NCBI GenBank assembly: GCA_020627965.1
Contig: JAHDFX010000005.1
Coordinates: 219 to 64,218 of the forward strand
Direction: 5' to 3'
Origin: Saprospiraceae bacterium
GTDB lineage: Bacteria; Bacteroidota; Bacteroidia; Chitinophagales; Saprospiraceae
DNA: 64,000 nucleotides
Under the pieces are notes generated by a model. That model was not told the DNA's origin. It saw only the letters and a list, made by a program, of their open reading frames with translations, and ran no database searches. Positions within the stretch are counted from its first letter, which is position 1. Each line of letters starts with the position of its first letter. Both the position numbers and the translations under genes were made by a program. Shown here in pieces: positions 27,994-37,663 of this stretch.

Positions 27994-30900
27994 ATGAGAA
28001 GTCTTATTATCTTTTTCCTTTCACTGCTTTTTTGCCTGCCGTTGCAAGCTACTTCACCATTTACAATAAAAGTGACACCGGATTGGCATGAATCACCCTA
28101 TACACATGATTTTTTTCCTGGACAAACTGATGAAATTCTGTATTTTACTGATGCAGATTATCATCCCAAACATCCTAGCCTGCCTTCTTATGTTCATCAG
28201 TTCAGGCTTAGTTCTTATGGGCGCATTAGTGCAAAATTAAGTAATGCACAGTTTGTACCTGTTGAGAAAAAAATGCATAAAGACGATCAATATATTGGAG
28301 AAAACATACAGATAAAAACTGCTGTTAACCTTGAACGTCGTCAGGCATTTGGCTCCATTTCTTTTATTCCCTTACGGAAAAATCAGGCTACAGGTCAATT
28401 AGAAAAATTAATCTCAGCCGATATTACTATTCGCCATTTTCCAGAAGAATTGCTTAGTATCAGAGGCAGCGGAAGTACTGTGTCAGCTCTAAGTCAGGGT
28501 GATATTTATAAAATTGCTGTAAGCGAGGCAGGTGTTTACAAAATTGATCAAAATTTCCTCAACAATGAGTTGGGTATTAATACATCAGGTATTGACCCTC
28601 GCCAAATCAAGGTTTATGGCAATGGTGGCGGGCTTCTTCCTGAGCTGCTGAGTACGCCTCGTTATGATGACCTAGAAGAAAATGCGATTTTTGTTGAAGG
28701 AGAAAATGATGGTAGTTTTGATGCCAGTGATTACATACTATTCTATGCAGAAGGACCCGATCAATGGACTTATGATGAAGGAAATGAGTCGTTTGACAGG
28801 CAGAAAAACTATTATTCAGATAAAAGTTATTATTTCCTCATTATTGGTTCTGGCAATGGTAAACGTGTAGCTAGTCAGGCCTCCATAGGCGGGGCCAGTT
28901 ATAATACATCCAGCTATGATGCTATTTTGCGCCATGAAGATGAGCTGGTCAATTTACTCGATTATTATCAAAGCGCTCATCCGGCTGGTAAAGAATGGTT
29001 TGGAGATAATTTTAAATTCGTATTAGACAGGACTTATGACTTTTCATTAAGTAATATAATTACTACAGAGCCTGTCAATTTGAGGGCTCGGTTTGCTGGC
29101 AGAAACCAGAATGGAGGTACACATAAATTTGATGTTTTTTATGACGGAAATATCGTTGCCAGTGTTGGTATGGGGAGTGTTGGTGGCGGTGCTACTTCCA
29201 CTTATGCTGCACTTCGTACCTTATCCAATACGTTTAATGCCACTAATGATAATATTCAGTTAAGGGTTGAATACACACAACCGACGGCTGCGGAAGGTTG
29301 GCTCGACTGGATAGATTTACATGCCCGTTGTCAATTGAATTATAAAGGCAGTCCACTAATTTTCAGAGATATTCGTTCACTAGAACAAAGCACTGCCAAT
29401 TTCACACTGAGCAGTGTCAATAATAACGTCATTGTTTGGGATGTTACTAACCCACTTAATCCGGCTAATCAGGATTATAATTTGAATGGTAGTCAATTGA
29501 CATTTGGCACAGATACTGATGTCTTAAAAACTTTTGTTGCCTTTGAAAATGGTAGTTTACCAGTTCCTGAATTTATAGAAACAGTGGCTAATCAAAATTT
29601 ACACGGTATCCTTACGCCACCTGACATGATAGTCATATATCCAATGGAATTGGAGTCACAGGCCAATAGTTTTGTAGCACACAGAACCAGTCAGAGTGGC
29701 ATTACTGTGCAGGCAGTTCCACTTTCACAAATTTATAATGAATTTAGCTCAGGTTCGCCTGATGTTTCTGCTATACGTGATTTTTGCAAAATGCTTTATG
29801 ATCGTTCAACCACTAGCAACTCATTTAAATACTTATTACTATTTGGTGATGGTACTTTTGATTATAAAAATATTCGAGAAGACGAAAATTATGTCAACTA
29901 TGTACCAGTATATGAGACAACAGAATCTATGAGTCCGATATTTGCCTATCCTTCGGACGATTATTTTGCCTTATTAGATGATAATGAGGGTGCTATTGAA
30001 AGTGGTTTAATGGATATAGCAATTGGGCGCTTCCCTGTAAAATCACCAGCAGAAGCGGATATTGCTATGGACAAATTAATCCGCTATGAAACCAATCCTA
30101 TAACTTTTGGCGACTGGCGCAATCGTTTACTTTATATAGCTGACGATCAGGACAGTAACATTCATTTCAGAGATGCGGATTCTATTACACGTAGTGTTAT
30201 CAATGAGTTCCCTGCTTTCAATATCAATAAAATCTATTTTGATGCTTACCGACAGATTTCTACTCCTGGTGGTAATCGTTATCCTGATGCTACTGAAGCT
30301 ATTAATACAGGTATGTTCCAGGGAAATCTGGTCATGAATTATACTGGTCATGGCGGTAGTAATGGCTGGGCGCAGGAGCGTGTAGTCACTCAGGAAACAG
30401 AGATGCCTTCCTGGGATAATGCAAATAAATTGCCACTTATTGTTACGGCTACCTGTTCTTTTGCGCCTTACGATGATCCTAGGCATACGACAGCCGGAGA
30501 GTATTTATTCCTGAAACCTGATGGTGGAGGAATTGCTCTGTACACGACAGTAAGGGCTGTGTATGCTTCCGCAAATTATCGTTTATCAAAGTCAGTTTTT
30601 GATCGATTATTTACCCCCATTGACAATGCTATACCACCTATCGGTGAGACCTTAAGGGTTGGCAAAAATATGAGTGGAACAGCTGTTGAAAACTCAAGAA
30701 AATTTACTTTGTTAGGTGATCCGTCTATGAATCTTGTCGCCCCTCAATACGACGTTATTACCACAAAGGTCAATAATCAAACCATTAGTGGCGCAGATAC
30801 GATAAAGGCTTTACAGGAAGTAACCATAGAAGGTGTCATTCAGGATGCCAATAGCAATTTGTTGTCTGATTTCAATGGTATTCTATATCCTACTGTTTAC

Positions 30901-31836
30901 GACAAAACGCAAACGATCACGACATTAGGCAATGATCCTGATAGCGCACCGGCTACCTTTAGGTTACAAAAAAATGTACTCTTTCGTGGTCGTGCCAGCG
31001 TAAGCAATGGAGAATTTAAATTTAGTTTTGTTGTTCCGGGTGATATTGATTTTGAATATGGTTTTGGTAAGATCAGCTATTATGCCGATGACGGAATAGA
31101 GCGTGATGCCAATGGTTTTTATAATGGTATAATTATAGGAGGAACAGCTACAGGTGTATCAGATAATACGCCACCAGAAGTCGAAGTTTATATGAATGAT
31201 GAAGAATTTGTACTAGGCGGTATTACAGATGAAAATCCGATTTTAGTGGTCAAACTATCTGATGATTTGGGAATCAATACAGCTGGAACTGGTATTGGGC
31301 ATGACCTGACGGGTACACTGGATGAGGATACGCAGAACACTTATATTCTAAATGATTTTTACGAATCGGAATTGGATAATCCACGTAAAGGCGAAGTTCG
31401 CTATCCACTGACAAACCTTGCCGAAGGCAGGCATGCTATTAAAGTTAAAGCCTGGGACGTTTCCAATAATTCAGCAGAAGGCTATACCGAGTTTGTTGTG
31501 GCTGATAATGCTGAGGTGGCGCTCGATCATGTATTGAATTATCCGAATCCTTTTACCACTTCCACAAATTTCCAATTTGAGCATAATTTCCCTGGTCAGG
31601 AGTTGAATATACAGGTACAAATATTTACTGTTTCTGGTAAATTGGTCAAAACCATTCAGGAACAAATCATTACCGATGGTTATCGGGTAAGCAATGTAGC
31701 CTGGGATGGTACGGATGATTACGGAGATCGTATAGGACGTGGAGTTTATGTATATAAAGTGAGCGTAAATACTGCGGTAGGTGAGCAACAATTGACGACC
31801 AAGAGTGACTTTGAGAAATTAGTTATTCTTAGATAA
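27994..31836 (+). CDS. porU: T9SS C-terminal signal peptidase/sortase PorU (C25 gingipain-like)
   Basis: 1280 aa with a C25-like core (YTGHGGSNGW, TATCSF) and its own C-terminal CTD (NYPNPFTTSTNFQFE...). It is adjacent to porV. Confidence 0.85.
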   Translation: MRSLIIFFLSLLFCLPLQATSPFTIKVTPDWHESPYTHDFFPGQTDEILYFTDADYHPKHPSLPSYVHQFRLSSYGRISAKLSNAQFVPVEKKMHKDDQYIGENIQIKTAVNLERRQAFGSISFIPLRKNQATGQLEKLISADITIRHFPEELLSIRGSGSTVSALSQGDIYKIAVSEAGVYKIDQNFLNNELGINTSGIDPRQIKVYGNGGGLLPELLSTPRYDDLEENAIFVEGENDGSFDASDYILFYAEGPDQWTYDEGNESFDRQKNYYSDKSYYFLIIGSGNGKRVASQASIGGASYNTSSYDAILRHEDELVNLLDYYQSAHPAGKEWFGDNFKFVLDRTYDFSLSNIITTEPVNLRARFAGRNQNGGTHKFDVFYDGNIVASVGMGSVGGGATSTYAALRTLSNTFNATNDNIQLRVEYTQPTAAEGWLDWIDLHARCQLNYKGSPLIFRDIRSLEQSTANFTLSSVNNNVIVWDVTNPLNPANQDYNLNGSQLTFGTDTDVLKTFVAFENGSLPVPEFIETVANQNLHGILTPPDMIVIYPMELESQANSFVAHRTSQSGITVQAVPLSQIYNEFSSGSPDVSAIRDFCKMLYDRSTTSNSFKYLLLFGDGTFDYKNIREDENYVNYVPVYETTESMSPIFAYPSDDYFALLDDNEGAIESGLMDIAIGRFPVKSPAEADIAMDKLIRYETNPITFGDWRNRLLYIADDQDSNIHFRDADSITRSVINEFPAFNINKIYFDAYRQISTPGGNRYPDATEAINTGMFQGNLVMNYTGHGGSNGWAQERVVTQETEMPSWDNANKLPLIVTATCSFAPYDDPRHTTAGEYLFLKPDGGGIALYTTVRAVYASANYRLSKSVFDRLFTPIDNAIPPIGETLRVGKNMSGTAVENSRKFTLLGDPSMNLVAPQYDVITTKVNNQTISGADTIKALQEVTIEGVIQDANSNLLSDFNGILYPTVYDKTQTITTLGNDPDSAPATFRLQKNVLFRGRASVSNGEFKFSFVVPGDIDFEYGFGKISYYADDGIERDANGFYNGIIIGGTATGVSDNTPPEVEVYMNDEEFVLGGITDENPILVVKLSDDLGINTAGTGIGHDLTGTLDEDTQNTYILNDFYESELDNPRKGEVRYPLTNLAEGRHAIKVKAWDVSNNSAEGYTEFVVADNAEVALDHVLNYPNPFTTSTNFQFEHNFPGQELNIQVQIFTVSGKLVKTIQEQIITDGYRVSNVAWDGTDDYGDRIGRGVYVYKVSVNTAVGEQQLTTKSDFEKLVILR

Positions 31837-31860
31837 ATTTGGTTATTGAGTTAATTTAGT

Positions 31861-32394
31861 ATGGTTCAAATTGAAGTTAAATCTGATATTGATATTTCGG
31901 ATAGTGAGCATGAAAAAATTCTGAGCTTACTGAATACATGTTTCGACAATATATTTGGTGAACGTATTTTCTTTAAGCAAGCTCCGCACTTACGTTTTCT
32001 GGCAAAAGAAAATGACCAGATCATTGGACAGGTTGGTATTGACTACAGAGTAATGAATCTTGATGGACAACTGATCAAAGTAATTGGGATTATAGACTTG
32101 TGTGTTGAAGAAATATTTAGAGGTAAAGGTATAGGATCAACATTGCTAAGATCAGTAGAGAATTATTATTCTTGTAAAGCCGATTTCATACTACTTTTTG
32201 CAGATAACCATCAGGTTTATTTCAGAAACGATTTCCAATTGGCCAATAATAAAGTTAAATGGCTCGGTATTGATGAAGGAAAAATTGTAGGAATTATTGA
32301 GAAAAGGATGGGAGATTGCTTGATGTACAAACCCTTAAAAGCAAATGCCATCTGGACAGAGGGCGATCTGGATATGATGGGGTATTTGTATTAA
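31861..32394 (+). CDS. GNAT-family N-acetyltransferase
   Basis: Motif A, RGKGIGSTLL; 177 aa. It starts 24 nt after the porU stop. Confidence 0.75.
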   Translation: MVQIEVKSDIDISDSEHEKILSLLNTCFDNIFGERIFFKQAPHLRFLAKENDQIIGQVGIDYRVMNLDGQLIKVIGIIDLCVEEIFRGKGIGSTLLRSVENYYSCKADFILLFADNHQVYFRNDFQLANNKVKWLGIDEGKIVGIIEKRMGDCLMYKPLKANAIWTEGDLDMMGYLY

Positions 32395-32726
32395 AATTTA
32401 ATTTTTCAATTTTCTTAACATTTACAAAATAAAAAGAAAACAAGACCGTTTATAAAAATGACACTGTATAACCAGACCAAATGATAGACCCTTAACCAGT
32501 GAAGAACAAGTAACTTTAGCTTGATTTTCCTAAACCATTATATCAAAATAAGTCTGCTTTCACAGTGTTTTTTTATATCAACATTTTAAATGAACTGTTT
32601 TAAACTTTAATTCTGGCTGTATCAAAAATGTAAAATAAACGTCAAACTTGCAACATAAAATGTATGTGTTCGTTAGTTAACTTGATTTCATATTCAATAT
32701 TATAGATAATTTATTCATTCATTGAC

Positions 32727-32734
32727 TATATTTG
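32727..32734 (+). promoter_or_regulatory. candidate -7 box (TATATTTG) upstream of porV
   Basis: Exact TAnnTTTG, 29 nt before the porV ATG. No convincing -33 element. Confidence 0.45.
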
Positions 32735-32763
32735 CAGCCCATTAAACAGACAAATCAAAATTT

Positions 32764-34008
32764 ATGAAAAATATTGCTCTGAAGCTGAGCGTTTTTGTAG
32801 CTCTCTTCGCTCTACTCCTCTCCCCTGCCAATGTACAGGCTCAAATCACAGCAAACTGTACGGAAGATGGTTTTGATCCAATCACAGGGCAACGTTGTGT
32901 AAATACCATTGTAACAGCAGTTCCTTTCCTTAGAATTATTCCGGATGCACGTTCTGGTGCTATGGGTGATGTAGGGATCGCAATATCGCCTGATGCCAAT
33001 GCCATGCACTTCAATACATCAAAATTAGCTTTTGCAGATAAAGACTTAGGTGTTTCTGCTACTTACACACCCTGGTTGCGTGCCTTGGGCTTACAAGATG
33101 TATACCTCGCTTACCTCACAGGCTATAAGCGTATCGACGACCTGCAAACTGTAGGTATGGGACTACGTTATTTCTCCCTGGGTACAATTCAGTTTACAGA
33201 CGAGAATGGTCAGCCACTAGGTAGTGATCGACCAAATGAGTTTGAATTAGCACTATCTTATAATCGTAAGTTAAGTGAGACTTTCTCTGCTGGCTTGGCC
33301 TTGAAGTATATCTATTCACGATTAGCCAATGGGCAAACAGTAGAAGATGAAACCATTACCCCAGGTAATTCGGTAGCTGGCGATCTGTCTTTCACTTATC
33401 GTGCGCCGCTAGATATTGGAGGCGGAGAGTCGATGTTGACTATCGGTACTTCTATTACGAATATCGGTACGAAAATATCTTACACTAAATCTGCTAACAG
33501 AGATTTTATTCCAACTAACTGGGGACTAGGCGCAGGTCTGGAATACCAGATAGACGAATTCAATACGATCAATTTTGCATTGGACCTGAACAGGTTACTT
33601 ACACCAACTCCACCAAGTGGAGACCCTTTAAGTCCAGAAAATGATACAGATGGTAATGCCATTCCTGATTATAAAGAAAAATCAATTGTTGCCGCCGCTT
33701 TAGGTTCTTTCGGTGATGCTCCTGGAGGTTTTGCAGAAGAAATGAACGAGTTTACTTACTCTGTTGGAGCAGAATACTGGTACGACAAGCAGTTTGCTGT
33801 TCGTCTTGGTCATTTCAATGAGCATAAAACAAAAGGTAATCGTAAGTTCTTTACCGTCGGTTTAGGTTTGAAATACAATATTTTCGGATTAAATTTCTCT
33901 TACCTGATTCCAACTACGAATCAGCGTAATCCATTAGACAATACACTTCGTTTCTCCTTATTATTTGATTTTGGAGCTTTTGAAGGTGATACTCCTAAAG
34001 GACTTTAA
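32764..34008 (+). CDS. porV: T9SS outer-membrane shuttle protein PorV (LptO)
   Basis: VPFLRIIPDARSGAMGDVGIAISPD motif and a beta-barrel-like alternating pattern ending in LLFDF. Confidence 0.85.
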   Translation: MKNIALKLSVFVALFALLLSPANVQAQITANCTEDGFDPITGQRCVNTIVTAVPFLRIIPDARSGAMGDVGIAISPDANAMHFNTSKLAFADKDLGVSATYTPWLRALGLQDVYLAYLTGYKRIDDLQTVGMGLRYFSLGTIQFTDENGQPLGSDRPNEFELALSYNRKLSETFSAGLALKYIYSRLANGQTVEDETITPGNSVAGDLSFTYRAPLDIGGGESMLTIGTSITNIGTKISYTKSANRDFIPTNWGLGAGLEYQIDEFNTINFALDLNRLLTPTPPSGDPLSPENDTDGNAIPDYKEKSIVAAALGSFGDAPGGFAEEMNEFTYSVGAEYWYDKQFAVRLGHFNEHKTKGNRKFFTVGLGLKYNIFGLNFSYLIPTTNQRNPLDNTLRFSLLFDFGAFEGDTPKGL

Positions 34009-34042
34009 GAACGTGTTTAAATAGACTTTATTAATAAAAGAT

Positions 34043-34078
34043 AAAAAAAGCGTGCTACCTTTGTGGCACGCTTTTTTA
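34043..34078. terminator. intrinsic terminator after porV
   Basis: A7, then the stem GCGTGCTAC/GTGGCACGC, then T6. Confidence 0.75.
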
Positions 34079-34089
34079 TTGAATATAAC

Positions 34090-34563
34090 ATGAGTAATCT
34101 ACCTCCCACACATCAACTTTCTTCTAACCTTACACTACCTTTCAAGCTAGTGTTCCCTACAGCCTGGTTGGCATTTTTTGGTACTATTACCGCCTATATT
34201 CTTTTTTCTGAAGATGGTGCTTATATTATTGCCGGTGGTCTATTTTCACCCGATAAATTACGTATTGGCTCTATCATTTTTATGCTCTTAGGCTTTGCCA
34301 TGCTTTACTTGTTTTTTATCCGCCTCCAACGTATAGATGCTGACACCGATTTTATTTATGTCAATAATTATTTCCGAACCCGACGCTATCCTTACCACAA
34401 TATCGAAAAGATCACAGAACATCGTTATTTTCTTTCCAAAATAGGCAACATCTACCTAAAAGAAGCCGGTCATTTTGGCAAACGTATTCCTTTTATGATT
34501 AGCAGAAGACGATATAAAGAGTTTCTGGAAGCCCGACCAGATATTGCTGCTTTAAGAAAATGA
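34090..34563 (+). CDS. hypothetical membrane protein
   Basis: ATG at 34090, downstream of the terminator that the longer ORF would include. There are two to three hydrophobic helices. Confidence 0.6.
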   Translation: MSNLPPTHQLSSNLTLPFKLVFPTAWLAFFGTITAYILFSEDGAYIIAGGLFSPDKLRIGSIIFMLLGFAMLYLFFIRLQRIDADTDFIYVNNYFRTRRYPYHNIEKITEHRYFLSKIGNIYLKEAGHFGKRIPFMISRRRYKEFLEARPDIAALRK

Positions 34564-34597
34564 TTTTTGTATATTAGCTTTTCATAAATTATCAGAG

Positions 34598-34738
34598 GTG
34601 TTCGACTAATGCAGGGTATAGTCGGAAGGCGAATATTTTTTATATAACACAGGGATTTAATGTCCAAAATCTACCCTTTGAAAGGAGAAATTCGCCTTGC
34701 GACTTCGTGTTTACATGTGCCCTAGATTAGTCGAACAC
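34598..34738. repeat. 141-nt inverted-repeat-bounded structured element
   Basis: Perfect 13-bp IRs, GTGTTCGACTAAT (34598..34610) and ATTAGTCGAACAC (34726..34738), plus the inner pairing GAAGGCGAAT/ATTCGCCTT. Confidence 0.6.
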
Positions 34739-34755
34739 TACTAAACTATCAAAAT

Positions 34756-36786
34756 ATGAAAAAGCTAATATTCTCTGCTCTGCTAGTCATTCTATACGTT
34801 TTTACTTACGCACAAAAAAATAGCACCTGGCATATCACTGCTACCGATATTGATCCTAATAATTACTACGGAATAACTGTTGCCAATGGCATGGTTGGTA
34901 TAGTTTCTTCTCCAGAACCTATGCGTGTAAAAGACGTCGTACTTAATGGCGTTTATGATTATTACCAAAGAGGTCGTGTATCTAATATTCTGAAGACTTT
35001 CAATCATGTCAATATGAACCTCGATGTAGACGGACACCGAGTCGGTTCTCGTAATATTTCCAATTATAAGCAAACGCTGGACATGAAGAAAGCTGCACTG
35101 ACCACCACTTTTGATGTGGACGACAAAGTCAGTGTAAAATATACCATGATGGCACTCCGACATCTGCCTTATACGGCTCTAACCACCTTTGAAATTACTG
35201 CCAAAAAGGAGGTAGAAATTACTCCGATGAGCGTCATTGAAGCTCCAAATCACTTAGTTGATGTACGAAATTATTATGCCGAAATAGACCGCCCCCATGT
35301 CAAAATTCCTTTGATGACTTCCGTAGCTAAAAGTCCTTCAGGTAAGCATATTGTAGCGGCTTCCAATAGCTTTATTTTTGAAGAAGCACATGGCAGCGAA
35401 CCAGATATTATTCATGAAGACTGGGATTACAATATGCATTTAGCAAAATTTAGAAAAAAACTACGTGCCGGACAGTCCTATTCTTTTAGCGTGGTTGCTT
35501 CTGCCTGCTCTACAGAGCATTACGAAGACCCACACAATGAAGCAGAACGCCTAAGTATATTCGCCATGCTCGAAGGCAGAGAACGGCTGCTAAAACGCCA
35601 CGAACAAGCCTGGGCAAAGCTTTGGGAAAGCGATATTATTGTAGATGGAGATGACGATGCACAACGTGATATTCGTTTTGCCATTTATCACTTGTACTCC
35701 TTTGCTCGTGCAGGAACGGCTTATAGTTTATCGCCAATGGGTTTGTCTGGTTTGGGCTATAATGGACATGTATTCTGGGATACAGAATTATGGATGTACC
35801 CTCCCCTGCTTTTGCTACAACCTGATATTGCAGCGTCCTTATTGAATTATCGTTTTGAGCGTATGGAAGCTGCTCGCCAAAATGCCTTCGCTCATGGTTT
35901 TGATGGCGTGATGTTTCCCTGGGAATCAGCAGGAGATGGCTCAGAAGACACACCTGTTTGGGCATTAACCGGTCCATTCCAACACCATATCACAGGCTGT
36001 ATAGGCTGGTCGAACTGGAAATATTATCAAGTCACCAAAGATAAAGAATGGCTGGGAGAAAAGGGCTATCCTTTACTTCGGGAAGCAGCCGATTTCTGGG
36101 CCAGTCGTGTAGATCGTGTTGCGCCTGGAAAATATAATATCGACAATGTTATCGGTGCCAATGAATGGGAAGAAAATATTGATAATAATGCCTTCACCAA
36201 TGGAATGGCGATCACTACTTTGCAATATGCTACTCAGGCAGCCGAAGAACTGGGTTATACCCCTAATCCTGATTGGATGCACGTTGCCAATAATATCCCT
36301 ATCCTGAAATTCCCTGATGGTACAACTCGCGAAAATGCGACTTATGACGGCGTAGAGATCAAACAGGCTGATGTCAATCTATTGGCTTATCCTCTGAAAG
36401 TTGTTACAGATGAAGCTAATATTCGTAAAGACCTGGAATATTATGAACCACGTATGTCCTCTACTGGGCCAGCTATGGGACCAGCTATTTTATGCGTTCT
36501 GTATTCCCGTATGGGCAAAGCTGAAAAAGCGAGGGAATTATTTGCTAAAAGTTATGAGCCGAATAAAGTGCCACCATTTGGCGTGATCTCTGAGACAGCG
36601 GGTGGAACAAATCCGTATTTTGCAACGGGAGCTGGTGGTATGTTGCAAGCAGTATTATCCGGTTTTGGTGGCTTGGATATTACTGATGATGGTATTATTC
36701 AGTTGGAAACTCAGTTGCCGAAAGGCTGGAAATCTTTGAAAATTACTGGAATTGGCAAGGAAAAGAAGAGTTTTGAAGTGAAGTAA
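34756..36786 (+). CDS. glycoside hydrolase family 65-like protein
   Basis: GHVFWDTELWMYPPLL, FPWESAGDGSEDTP and NEWEENIDNNAFTN blocks resemble the GH65 catalytic domain; a signal peptide. Confidence 0.7.
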   Translation: MKKLIFSALLVILYVFTYAQKNSTWHITATDIDPNNYYGITVANGMVGIVSSPEPMRVKDVVLNGVYDYYQRGRVSNILKTFNHVNMNLDVDGHRVGSRNISNYKQTLDMKKAALTTTFDVDDKVSVKYTMMALRHLPYTALTTFEITAKKEVEITPMSVIEAPNHLVDVRNYYAEIDRPHVKIPLMTSVAKSPSGKHIVAASNSFIFEEAHGSEPDIIHEDWDYNMHLAKFRKKLRAGQSYSFSVVASACSTEHYEDPHNEAERLSIFAMLEGRERLLKRHEQAWAKLWESDIIVDGDDDAQRDIRFAIYHLYSFARAGTAYSLSPMGLSGLGYNGHVFWDTELWMYPPLLLLQPDIAASLLNYRFERMEAARQNAFAHGFDGVMFPWESAGDGSEDTPVWALTGPFQHHITGCIGWSNWKYYQVTKDKEWLGEKGYPLLREAADFWASRVDRVAPGKYNIDNVIGANEWEENIDNNAFTNGMAITTLQYATQAAEELGYTPNPDWMHVANNIPILKFPDGTTRENATYDGVEIKQADVNLLAYPLKVVTDEANIRKDLEYYEPRMSSTGPAMGPAILCVLYSRMGKAEKARELFAKSYEPNKVPPFGVISETAGGTNPYFATGAGGMLQAVLSGFGGLDITDDGIIQLETQLPKGWKSLKITGIGKEKKSFEVK

Positions 36787-36869
36787 TTGAACAATTGCAT
36801 AGTCTTATTAGTTTTGTGTTCTCTGTAAACTTAGTAGTAAATCATATCAATCAAAATAAACTATCACAC

Positions 36870-37571
36870 ATGAAAATCAAATTTCAATTTTTAATGGCTT
36901 TATGTCTGGCTTTTGCTTTCACTGCCTGCAAAAACAGCACAGACACAAGCACTACAGCAAAGGAGGAAAATAAGACCAATATTGCTCCTGAAAAAGAAGA
37001 AAAAAAGCCAGCCAAAAAAGGCTATCAGGTCGGCGATAAAGTAGCTGATTTTAGCTTACAAAACGTAGATGGCAAAATGGTTGCCCTTTCTGATTACAAA
37101 GATGACAAAGGGGTTATTGTTATCTTCAGTTGCAATTCCTGCCCTTGGGTAGTGGCTTACGAAGATCGCATGAATGACCTACACAATACTTATGCAGAAA
37201 AAGGTTATCCTGTATTGGCAATCAATTCTAACGATATTGAGATCAAACCAGATGATGATATGCCTAGTATGCAAAAAAGAGCTAAAGAAAAAGACTTTAA
37301 ATTTGCCTATGTTTTTGATGAAAAACAGGAAATCTATCCAAGATTTGGTGCGACTAAGACGCCCGAGGTTTATCTCTTGAAAAACGATGGTGAAGGAAAC
37401 ATGACCGTTGCTTACACAGGAGCTATTGATGATAATGGTAAAAAGCCGGAAGCTGTAAATGTAAAGTATGTTGAAAATGCTATCACTGCACTAGATGCAG
37501 GTCTTCCTCCTAGTCCTGATTTTACTAAGGCTATTGGCTGTTCTATTAAAGTGAAGAAGAAGGCTAGCTAG
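36870..37571 (+). CDS. thioredoxin-fold (redoxin) lipoprotein
   Basis: The ATG at 36870 gives MKIKFQFLMALCLAFAFTAC, with a lipobox. CNSCPWV redox motif. Paralogous to 52524..53081. Confidence 0.75.
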   Translation: MKIKFQFLMALCLAFAFTACKNSTDTSTTAKEENKTNIAPEKEEKKPAKKGYQVGDKVADFSLQNVDGKMVALSDYKDDKGVIVIFSCNSCPWVVAYEDRMNDLHNTYAEKGYPVLAINSNDIEIKPDDDMPSMQKRAKEKDFKFAYVFDEKQEIYPRFGATKTPEVYLLKNDGEGNMTVAYTGAIDDNGKKPEAVNVKYVENAITALDAGLPPSPDFTKAIGCSIKVKKKAS

Positions 37572-37617
37572 CCCTCGTTCGCCCTTTAATTCTCTGAAGG
37601 GATGCCAAGATTTTTCA

Positions 37618-37660
37618 AGCTGAAATATGGTGTTTTAAAGCATTTTATTTCAGCTTTTTT
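37618..37660. terminator. intrinsic terminator between convergent genes
   Basis: 10-bp stem AGCTGAAATA/TATTTCAGCT with an 18-nt loop, followed by T6. Confidence 0.6.
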
Positions 37661-37663
37661 GTT

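Noticed and set aside
34598-34738. Possible SRP (4.5S) RNA because of GUCGGAAGGCGAA, which resembles the GGAAG-containing domain IV.
   Set aside because: The conserved flanking SRP helix-8 motifs (AGCA/GNAR symmetric-loop context) are not present, and the long AU-rich apical region is unlike SRP RNA.
36795-36869. Upstream extension of the thioredoxin-fold lipoprotein ORF. The same issue applies to 11429, 51655, 53492, 53718, 6104, 7988 and 713.
   Set aside because: The internal Met gives a canonical signal/lipobox or family-consistent N-terminus; the extensions use non-ATG starts or overlap neighbouring genes.
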